Below are positions 58,285 to 64,000 of a DNA stretch of 64,000 bases, one piece after another. The stretch spans positions 362,887-426,886 of the forward strand of contig CP129473.1 of NCBI GenBank assembly GCA_030583745.1, written 5' to 3'. Every line of letters begins with the position of its first letter. The stretch's first letter is position 1. The stretch is from Minisyncoccota bacterium. GTDB lineage: Bacteria > Patescibacteriota > Minisyncoccia > Phycocordibacterales > BOKC01. The notes beneath the pieces are model-generated. The model did no database searches. It was not told the origin of the DNA and saw only the letters and a program-made list of their open reading frames with translations. Both the position numbers and the translations under genes were made by a program.

Positions 58285-59565
58285 TTATTTAGCTGATATT
58301 TTTTCAGTAACTTTATAGATATCTCCAGCACCCATTGTAACAATAACGTATTGATTATCAAAATTTTCCAGCAGATACTGCGCGATTTCTCCAAAATCGT
58401 TAATTGCCGTAGATTTTTGTCCCCGTTTTCTGATTTCAAACGCCAATTTTTCATTACTAACGCTAGGGTCTATTTCTTCTCTTGCCCCGTAAATCGGAGC
58501 AACAATAACCTCCTCAACATCAGCGAAACTTTTTCCAAATTCTTCGAGAAAAAATTTTGTCCGACTGTAAAGATGCGGCTGAAAAGCAACGATGATTTTT
58601 TTGTCCGGAAAAGTCTCTCTAAGCGACAACACCGATGCTCTTATTTCAGTTGGATGATGAGCGTAATCGTCATAAACAATCGCTCCTTTGTCAGTTTCGC
58701 CCCTCCGCTCTAAACGCCGCCAAGTCCCCTGAAAATTTTCAAGAGACTTCTTGGCTTCTTCTCCAGAAATCTCAAAAACCGCCGCGACCGCCAAAGCCGC
58801 TTTGGCATTTTCTTCATTGTGCCGTCCTGGCACTTTCAGACTCGGCATTTCGGCCTTGAGTGAATGGTAATCAACGATGTTACATTCAATTTCCGGATTG
58901 TCTATTATTAGCTCTAAATTCGGGTCGTTTATGTTGCAAATTAAAAAATCGTCTTTAGCAAGTTTTTTTGCCAGTTCCAAAAAGGCGTTTTGAATATCTG
59001 ACAAATCTGTATAGTAATCAAGATGATCAGCTTCAATGTTTGTAATAACCAAAATATTCGGATTCAAATGAAGAAAGGTTCGGCGATATTCGCAGGCCTC
59101 AACTAAAAAATTTTGGCTGGCGCCAAGAAAAAAATTACTTCCAAAATCCGACAAGATCGAGCCGGCAATCACGGTCGGCGACAAACCAGCGTCCACCATA
59201 ACTTTTGCGATCATCGCAGTCGTTGTCGTTTTGCCGTGAGTGCCGGCGACCGCGATTGTAAATTTGCCACTTGAAATCATTCCCAGAGCTTCGGCATAAG
59301 AAACTGTTTTAATATTTAATTGTCTTGCTTTTTCAAGCTCTGGATTTTTTGAGTCAATTGCCGTGGTGTAGATAGCAAGCTTTGCATCATCTGGTAGATT
59401 TTCAGTGCTGTGACCAAAAAATATTTTTATACCTTTTGATGTTAAGAGGTCTGTTACTTTTGACGGCGCCAAATCAGAACCAGAAATTTCATGCCCCTCG
59501 GATAGAAAAAATTGAGCAATTGCCGACATACCAATCCCGCCTATACCTATGAAATGGATTTTCAT
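58285..59565 (-). CDS. murC: UDP-N-acetylmuramate--L-alanine ligase (MurC; Mpl not excluded).
   Basis: IHFIGIGGIGMSA...GSD N-terminus. AVAGTHGKTTTT P-loop. Confidence 0.8.
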   Translation of the reverse strand: MKIHFIGIGGIGMSAIAQFFLSEGHEISGSDLAPSKVTDLLTSKGIKIFFGHSTENLPDDAKLAIYTTAIDSKNPELEKARQLNIKTVSYAEALGMISSGKFTIAVAGTHGKTTTTAMIAKVMVDAGLSPTVIAGSILSDFGSNFFLGASQNFLVEACEYRRTFLHLNPNILVITNIEADHLDYYTDLSDIQNAFLELAKKLAKDDFLICNINDPNLELIIDNPEIECNIVDYHSLKAEMPSLKVPGRHNEENAKAALAVAAVFEISGEEAKKSLENFQGTWRRLERRGETDKGAIVYDDYAHHPTEIRASVLSLRETFPDKKIIVAFQPHLYSRTKFFLEEFGKSFADVEEVIVAPIYGAREEIDPSVSNEKLAFEIRKRGQKSTAINDFGEIAQYLLENFDNQYVIVTMGAGDIYKVTEKISAK

Positions 59566-59606
59566 AATCAAAGTATACTTGAAAACAAAACTTGAGAAAA
59601 TTCTTC

Positions 59607-60929
59607 TTAAAGCTGGTTAACCAGATCCACAAATTTCTCTCCTCGGTCAAACTCATTTTTGAATTGACCAAATGATGTAAACGCCGGGCTAAAAAGAATG
59701 ATGTCTCCCGAATTAGCAACCTTAAAAGACCTTTCTAGAGATTCCTTAAGTTCCCTAACCCTTTCTAAACCCAGCCCGTCAATTTCTGTCGGCAAACGAT
59801 CACTGCCACTACCCGGGACAACAAATACTTTCTTACAAAACCTTGGTAAATCATCCAAAAGCCCTGTAAGGTTTAGTCCTTTATCATTGCCCCCGAAGAT
59901 CAAAACAATATTTTTTTTCTCTTCATTTCCGAGGGCTTCAAGAGCGGCAATCGTAGCTTCTGGAGTAGTAGATGTGGTGTCATTATATATCTTTATTCCG
60001 TTAATTTCTTTCATAAACTCTAACCGCCCCGGAACGCCTGAAAAAGACTCCAAAGCCGATTTTACAATCGCTCGGTCAATATTTAGAGACTCCACGGTCA
60101 ACATGGCCAGAGTAGCATTATATCTGTTGTGCTCACCTAGAATTTTTAAATTCCAGTCTGACGGCAAATCCTTGCTATCTCCTATTAAAACCCGAGCTTT
60201 TGATTCATAATTGTCTTTTATTAGACCGGCGCATTGACTACCAAGAATTAAAAAATCATTTTCTTTTTGGTTAGAAAAAATATACGACTTATCTTTCAAA
60301 TAAGCGTTTAGGTCACCTTTGTAATAATTTAGGTGGTCCGGAAAAAATGTTATAAAAACCGCGATGTGCGGAGAGATTTTTTCTTCACCAAACCCTTGGA
60401 GTTGCCAAGAATCTAATTCTAAAACCGCAATTTCGTCCGGAGTACTCTTGGGTAGATGTGCTAAAGTTGAAACACCTTTGACATTGCCTCCCAAAAAAAC
60501 TTTTTTACCAGCGGCTTTTAATATTTCATAAATCATGGCGGTTACGGTCGACTTTCCTCTTGTACCGGTTACGCCGATAATTGTGCCCGGAAAAAATTTG
60601 GCAAAAAGCGAGGTGCTCATCTTCACCGGAATGTTGTTTTTTTCAGCTTCTGCAATAAAAGGCGAGTCAAATGGCACTCCGGCCGCCTTTATAATCAAAT
60701 CTCTACTTCTGAAGTCATCAAGTTTATGACCGCCCAAAGAATACGTTATGTCATATTCTTTAAGTTGTTCCAAAGAAGAAACAAGATCTTCTTTGGTTTT
60801 CAAATCGGTAACGGTTAAAACCGCTCCATGTTCAGCCAAAAATTTAATATCACCGACTCCTCTGCCAAGAATCCCCAGTCCAATCACCGTAATTTTTTTA
60901 CCTTTAAAATATTCTTTATAATTCATCAT
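59607..60929 (-). CDS. murD: UDP-N-acetylmuramoylalanine--D-glutamate ligase.
   Basis: KKITVIGLG...GVTGTRGKST and Mur ligase C-domain. Confidence 0.8.
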   Translation of the reverse strand: MMNYKEYFKGKKITVIGLGILGRGVGDIKFLAEHGAVLTVTDLKTKEDLVSSLEQLKEYDITYSLGGHKLDDFRSRDLIIKAAGVPFDSPFIAEAEKNNIPVKMSTSLFAKFFPGTIIGVTGTRGKSTVTAMIYEILKAAGKKVFLGGNVKGVSTLAHLPKSTPDEIAVLELDSWQLQGFGEEKISPHIAVFITFFPDHLNYYKGDLNAYLKDKSYIFSNQKENDFLILGSQCAGLIKDNYESKARVLIGDSKDLPSDWNLKILGEHNRYNATLAMLTVESLNIDRAIVKSALESFSGVPGRLEFMKEINGIKIYNDTTSTTPEATIAALEALGNEEKKNIVLIFGGNDKGLNLTGLLDDLPRFCKKVFVVPGSGSDRLPTEIDGLGLERVRELKESLERSFKVANSGDIILFSPAFTSFGQFKNEFDRGEKFVDLVNQL

Positions 60930-60943
60930 CTAACTAATATAAG

Positions 60944-60962
60944 GACATCGCAAGTCCTTATT
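60944..60962. repeat. REP-like 19-nt hairpin aaggacatcgcaagtcctt (orientation A), just 3' of the transposase gene.
   Basis: Stem aaggac/gtcctt with 7-nt loop. Related copies at 61476, 61697, 61748. Confidence 0.7.
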
Positions 60963-61644
60963 ATTCTAAATCTAAAGCAACCTCTTGAAAATTTTCCACA
61001 CTTATATCTTTAAGCCAGTTTCGTATACCTTTTCTATAGCCATCAGTTCCGCCGAAAAAATCTAACATGAAATCACGTTGGGTAACAGATGGAAAATTTT
61101 TCTCTCCAAGATAGTCTAAATGACTCGACCAACGATAAGAACCTAGAAAATTTATTGCCTGCCTATAATCTTTCAACTTCCCCTCTCTCCACTCCGGCGC
61201 GGTTAAATCAAGAGGGTTTAAATGAATGTAATAAGGTAAGTGAATGAAATGCGCGTCGTTTTCTACTAAAACTCTTTTATATCTTGATTCAAATAAAGCC
61301 CCCTTTCTCTCATATTTTTCATTGAAATATTTAGCATATCCCATATTTACTTTCTTCATAAATTTGGAAATACCGTAATCTATTTTGGATGAAATCAATA
61401 AATGATAATGGTTGGGCATCAAACAGAAAGCGTTAAGATTTACCAACAGTTTTCGCTTCTGCCGAGTTTTTTCAATATAAGGACTTGCGATGTCCTTAAT
61501 TTTGGAGAAACGATAAAGAGAGTTGTTAACCCAATTCTGATCGTTAAACTCAAATAAATCGTGAATAAAACGGAGATAATCCTTGTTATCAAGAAAAATA
61601 TTTCTCTTGTCTACCCCTCTATTTAGTACGTGGTAAAACTCCAT
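60961..61644 (-). CDS. IS200/IS605-type HuH Y1 transposase / REP-associated tyrosine transposase (RAYT)-like.
   Basis: HuH motif PNHYHLL. C-terminal Tyr region RYKRVLVENDAHFIHLPYYIHLNPL. Confidence 0.7.
   Translation of the reverse strand: MEFYHVLNRGVDKRNIFLDNKDYLRFIHDLFEFNDQNWVNNSLYRFSKIKDIASPYIEKTRQKRKLLVNLNAFCLMPNHYHLLISSKIDYGISKFMKKVNMGYAKYFNEKYERKGALFESRYKRVLVENDAHFIHLPYYIHLNPLDLTAPEWREGKLKDYRQAINFLGSYRWSSHLDYLGEKNFPSVTQRDFMLDFFGGTDGYRKGIRNWLKDISVENFQEVALDLE
61476..61494. repeat. REP-like hairpin aaggacttgcgatgtcctt (orientation B), located inside the transposase CDS (encodes KDIASPY).
   Basis: Exact reverse complement of the 60944 copy. Confidence 0.7.
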
Positions 61645-61696
61645 ATTCTATTGCTCAATTCACAATTTACCTATTATACCATAATTAATAATATTA

Positions 61697-61715
61697 AGGA
61701 CTTGCGATGTCCTTA
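61697..61715. repeat. REP-like hairpin aaggacttgcgatgtcctt (orientation B), 5' of the transposase gene.
   Basis: Exact copy; a variant hairpin cggacgtctgatgtccg follows at ~61748..61764. Confidence 0.7.
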
Positions 61716-61786
61716 TATTTATATTTAGAGAAAGGTCTAATTTTCGGACGTCTGATGTCCGATGTTTATTAAATTTTCGAAAAAGT

Positions 61787-61856
61787 CGGGCTGCCGAGAA
61801 TCGAACCCGGACTTCACGCACCCGAAGCGTGTGGACTACCACTATCCTACAGCCCG
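61787..61856 (-). tRNA. tRNA-Pro (anticodon CGG).
   Basis: Manual cloverleaf. C1:G72 acceptor cgggctg/cagcccg. Anticodon stem cacgc/gcgtg with loop ttCGGgt. T-arm GGTTCGATTC. CCA not encoded. Confidence 0.75.
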
Positions 61857-61886
61857 AACTAAATAAAAACTTACTTTTTTACCGAA

Positions 61887-61970
61887 TGGGCAAGGGGGGA
61901 GTTGAACCCCCACTGGATTGCTCCAACACGGCCCTGAACCGTGCGCGTCTGCCAATTCCGCCACTTGCCC
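61887..61970 (-). tRNA. tRNA-Leu (anticodon CAG), long variable arm.
   Basis: Acceptor gggcaag/cttgccc. Anticodon stem cacgg/ccgtg, loop ttCAGgg. Long variable arm. T-arm GGTTCAACTCC. Confidence 0.7.
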
Positions 61971-62053
61971 ACACACTTACTTTGCCATTAAAGAATTTTT
62001 TGCAACGAAAAAGACTGGTAAAGCTGATGTGGAACATGCCCAATCAAAACCAA

Positions 62054-62110
62054 TGCGCGTGCCAGGGATCGAACCTGGGACCTTTCGAGTATCAGTCGAA
62101 TGCTCTACCT
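62054..62110 (-). pseudogene. Partial copy (~55 nt, 3' portion: T-arm, anticodon arm, part of D-arm) of tRNA-Ile(GAU).
   Basis: Identical to the 3' part of the 62155..62227 tRNA, diverging at the D-stem. Confidence 0.55.
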
Positions 62111-62154
62111 TCACCCGCCCATCAATTTTTAAATACTTTATTTACCGTCCAAAG

Positions 62155-62227
62155 TGCGCGTGCCAGGGATCGAACCTGGGACCTTTCGAGTATCAGTCGA
62201 ATGCTCTACCAACTGAGCTACACGCGC
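62155..62227 (-). tRNA. tRNA-Ile (anticodon GAU).
   Basis: gcgcgtg-ta-gctc-agttggta-gagc-a-ttcga-ctGATac-tcgaa-aggtc-ccagg-ttcgatc-cctgg-cacgcgc-a; perfect cloverleaf. Confidence 0.8.
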
Positions 62228-62284
62228 ACTCTAGAAATTAAAAATATATTTATTGATGTCAAAATTGATAGGCGGGCAAGCCTG

Positions 62285-62393
62285 AGCTACACGCGCGCAA
62301 TATTTGCTTTTCAAGATTCTAACACCCTGCGTACGTTTAATCTCTGGGCCTACCAAGACAGCTACACGCGCGCAATATTTGCTTTTCAAGATT
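62285..62393. repeat. Two 34-bp direct repeats (agctacacgcgcgcaatatttgcttttcaagatt) 75 bp apart; their first 12 nt equal the 5' end of tRNA-Ile (reverse complement gcgcgtgtagct).
   Basis: Seen in sequence at ~62285..62318 and ~62360..62393. Confidence 0.6.
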
Positions 62394-62469
62394 TCTACCA
62401 CGCGAGACAAACCTAAACCCAAAATACCCATAAAAATTAACAAAAAAAACTCTCAAAAACAAGAGAGCC

Positions 62470-62497
62470 CCGCGCGCAAGCGCGCGGGGCTCATATA
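62470..62497 (-). terminator. Strong GC hairpin (gagccccgcgcgc-aa-gcgcgcggggctc) followed on the minus strand by a T-run; terminator of 62503..62742.
   Basis: Perfect 13-bp palindrome. Confidence 0.6.
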
Positions 62498-62502
62498 TGA
62501 AT

Positions 62503-62742
62503 TCACTTCCCCCATTCAGGTCCAACCCAGACCCGATGGTACCGACGCCTTCCCTCAATTGCCTCCAACGGCACTTTCTTGCCGTTGATCTCCACCTGCA
62601 CGATCTTGCCGGTGGGGACGGAAACATAGACGACGGGCTTTCGGGCGTCATCAACGATGATCACCACAGTCAAAGCCCCGAAGAAAATATAGAAGACAGT
62701 GAGAAGAAGAACGTTTCGAATTAGACGCTTGATTTTTCCCAC
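62503..62742 (-). CDS. Small (79 aa) GC-rich membrane protein, GTG start with aaaggag SD.
   Basis: N-terminal TM LLLTVFYIFFGALTVVIIV. Own SD and terminator. Other overlapping ORFs in this GC-rich stretch rejected. Confidence 0.4.
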   Translation of the reverse strand: MGKIKRLIRNVLLLTVFYIFFGALTVVIIVDDARKPVVYVSVPTGKIVQVEINGKKVPLEAIEGRRRYHRVWVGPEWGK

Positions 62743-62831
62743 GAAGAGCTCCTTTCTTCTTTATTCCTGCCGTCATTGGCTGGGAATCTTCTAATAGGAT
62801 ACAACAATTAACAAAATAAGTCAAATGAAAA

Positions 62832-62857
62832 CGCCCCCGTCTAGACGGAGGCGTGAG
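62832..62857 (-). terminator. Hairpin acgcccccgtc-tag-acggaggcgt downstream of 62872..63108.
   Basis: Seen in sequence. Confidence 0.4.
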
Positions 62858-62871
62858 CGAGACACAACAGG

Positions 62872-63108
62872 TCAAGCCCAGTACCGAGGGCTGCACTCTG
62901 TGCAGACCTGTTCTCCGGTGTAAGGATCCACCTGGAGAAGCGTTTTGTGGGTCGAACAGTAGAGGGCGAGGTGGGGCCACTCCTCCTTTTCCTCGCTTTC
63001 CACATCAACACCACCGAGGTGACTTTCAGTCAAAGCCACCTGACCAGCTTCGGTCTTGATGAGATTCCTCATTTCTCTCACCTTATCCCACCTGATTGTG
63101 GCCATCAT
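62872..63108 (-). CDS. Small (79 aa) GC-rich Cys-containing (CxxH...CxxC) hypothetical protein with perfect aaggagg SD 5 nt upstream of ATGATG.
   Basis: Start trimmed from ORF-track 63150 to MMATIRWDKV. SD and terminator present. Confidence 0.45.
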   Translation of the reverse strand: MMATIRWDKVREMRNLIKTEAGQVALTESHLGGVDVESEEKEEWPHLALYCSTHKTLLQVDPYTGEQVCTECSPRYWA

Positions 63109-63195
63109 GACCTCCTTCTTTGTTGCGAAGAGTCCTTTCACACATAGCACTTACAACAAGCGCTAATCCTTTTTCATACTAACACATTTAAAAAC

Positions 63196-63231
63196 AAAAA
63201 GCAATCCAAGTCTGGACTGCTTTTTGTTTAT
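63196..63231. terminator. A/T-flanked hairpin (aaaaagcaatccaagtctggactgcttttt) between the small GC-rich gene and the 16S 3' end; probable rRNA operon terminator.
   Basis: Seen in sequence. Confidence 0.4.
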
Positions 63232-63399
63232 TATCCTTTGTTTTGTTCCGTTCTAGCCCGATCATTTTACAAAGTAAAATAATTTAGGGTCTTTGTTGTG
63301 TATCTTTCTACACCTGTCATCCAATTTAGGTTTTGAAAACCATTGTACACTCGATCGAGATGTACAATATCGACTGTAGCCCCCACCGAAGTGAGGGTT

Positions 63400-63547
63400 G
63401 TTCAATTTGAAATATTCCACGAGCAGCTTCCGCTACCCGTGCCTTGTTACGACTTACTCCCTGTTATTGAGCTTACCGTGATGCCACAAAAGTGACGCTT
63501 CGGGTATTCCCAACTCCCTTGAGTTGACGGGCGGTATTTGATGTGTT
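63400..63547 (-). rRNA. Partial 16S rRNA, 3'-terminal ~150 nt (E. coli ~1390-1540 region), continuing upstream beyond an intervening sequence.
   Basis: Reverse complement reads ACCGCCCGTCAACTCAAGGGAGTTGGG...GGGAGTAAGTCGTAACAAGGCACGGGTAGCGGAAGCTGCTCGTGGAAUAUUUCAAAUU. Universal 1400-region and GUAACAAGG signatures; h45 with GGAA loop. Boundaries approximate. Confidence 0.6.
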
Positions 63548-64000
63548 ATAATGTCACCATTATAATTCTCTTCAACACGGGGCAAGCGGTTTTCCCGCAC
63601 CCTCGCGTTTTCCAAAGGTTGCTTATCCGATTTTTTTATCGAATTCACTTACCTTGCCATGATAAGTTTTAGCTTTCTTCCCTAATGAGCGCAAATCATT
63701 GCGTAGGGAAACAATTTTGTTAAATCCATCATCAGATAAATGTTCTTTGGCGCAAACCATAAGAACTATTTTTCTAAAAATAAGATAGGATTTTTTCTTT
63801 TTCGCCTGTAATGGATACTTATCAAGAAACGGGAATAAATACTCTTTCAGGTCCCAGATGCTGGTAATTTTATACTTGGCATGCGGATACCATCCATATC
63901 GCTCATAAGAGCAATCATAAATTCTCCCGATTCCGATAGTCACAAGTATGCGTTCCAGGATTTCTTGATCATCTTTCCGCAATTCTATTTCAAATTCCGG
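63548..64000 (-). mobile_element. Intervening sequence (probable group I intron) inserted near the 16S 1390s/1400 region, carrying a homing-endonuclease ORF; extends beyond window end.
   Basis: Sequence between the recognisable 16S exon and window end is non-rRNA-like and encodes a LAGLIDADG-fold protein in the rRNA orientation. Confidence 0.5.
63623..64000 (-). CDS. LAGLIDADG-family homing endonuclease (I-CreI-like, C-terminal part; N-terminus with the LAGLIDADG motif lies outside the window).
   Basis: ...IGRIYDCSYERYGWYPHAKYKITSIWDLKEYLFPFLDKYPLQAKKKKSYLIFRKIVLMV... aligns in pattern with the I-CreI segment VGYVRDRGSVSDYILSEIKPLHNFLTQLQPFLKLKQKQANLVLKII. Frame open to position 64000. Confidence 0.55.
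   Translation of the reverse strand, partial: PEFEIELRKDDQEILERILVTIGIGRIYDCSYERYGWYPHAKYKITSIWDLKEYLFPFLDKYPLQAKKKKSYLIFRKIVLMVCAKEHLSDDGFNKIVSLRNDLRSLGKKAKTYHGKVSEFDKKIG

Noticed and set aside
62285-62393. Possible mini-CRISPR array (two 34-bp repeats with a ~41-bp spacer)
   Set aside because: Only two repeat copies, repeats begin with a tRNA 5'-end fragment, and no cas genes in the window; more likely duplicated tRNA-leader/integration-scar sequence.
61829-62416. 195-aa plus-strand ORF and other ORFs (61918..62241, 62231..62443)
   Set aside because: Overlap three well-formed tRNA genes on the opposite strand and GC-rich repeat DNA; tRNA explanation is far stronger.
62304-62980. Multiple overlapping ORFs in all frames (62304..62588, 62337..62654, 62497..62724, 62651..62980, 62853..63059, 62947..63147)
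   Set aside because: Typical of GC-rich DNA; only the two ORFs with SD plus terminator (62503..62742, 62872..63108) were retained.
323-64000. Possibility of an alternative genetic code (UGA recoding as in some CPR lineages)
   Set aside because: Long uninterrupted standard-code ORFs for gatB, secA, RHS and others; no systematic in-frame TGA pattern noticed; the only suspicious in-frame stop (323-325) is TAA.

Overview
AT-rich (~35-37% GC) bacterial window of about 60 compact genes, almost all on the minus strand. The gene set, the apparent lack of Shine-Dalgarno (SD) motifs on native genes, and a partial 16S rRNA gene preceded by an intervening sequence carrying a LAGLIDADG homing-endonuclease ORF suggest a CPR/Patescibacteria-like genome; this is inference only.

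Main blocks, in order:
- 1-7.2 kb: phage-tail-fibre-like or surface module (poly-Pro membrane protein, Gly-rich protein, 1057-aa repeat protein with a Peptidase_G2-like C-terminus, FN3 protein).
- 7.2-11.5 kb: cluster of two paralogous secreted proteins flanking a membrane-anchored protein, plus two HTH_17 proteins.
- 11.5-19.4 kb: housekeeping genes gatB, MYG1-like, DedA, NUDIX, secA, murB.
- 19.4-34.1 kb: cell-envelope glycan locus. It has an O-antigen-ligase/TPR protein, a Wzx-like flippase, and a nonulosonic-acid (pseudaminic/legionaminic-type) pathway: PseB-like dehydratase, DegT aminotransferase, NeuB-family synthase fused to DUF218, cytidylyltransferase, class-III aminotransferase, Gfo/Idh/MocA oxidoreductase and an ABC exporter. 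A GC-rich (~50%) DUF218 gene with its own sigma70 promoter, SD and terminator sits inside it on the opposite strand.
- 34.2-43.7 kb: polymorphic-toxin locus. A 2161-aa SpvB/FG-GAP/RHS protein contains 6.7 near-perfect tandem 219-bp repeats. It is followed by two orphan RHS C-terminal toxin cassettes, a third core stub, and three small putative immunity genes.
- 43.8-54.8 kb: three tandem paralogous Capsule_synth (KpsS/KpsC)-like genes with duplicated upstream regions, five GT4-type glycosyltransferases and a methyltransferase.
- 54.8-61.0 kb: VirD4/TraD-like ATPase, GHL10-type glycoside-hydrolase-like protein, murC, murD.
- 61.0-62.4 kb: IS200/RAYT-like HuH transposase bracketed by inverted copies of a 19-nt REP-like hairpin, then tRNA-Pro(CGG), tRNA-Leu(CAG), tRNA-Ile(GAU) with extra partial tRNA-Ile copies.
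- 62.4-64.0 kb: GC-rich islet with two small SD-bearing genes, then the 3' end of 16S rRNA.

Coordinates not taken from the ORF track were hand-derived and are approximate (+/- 2 nt).
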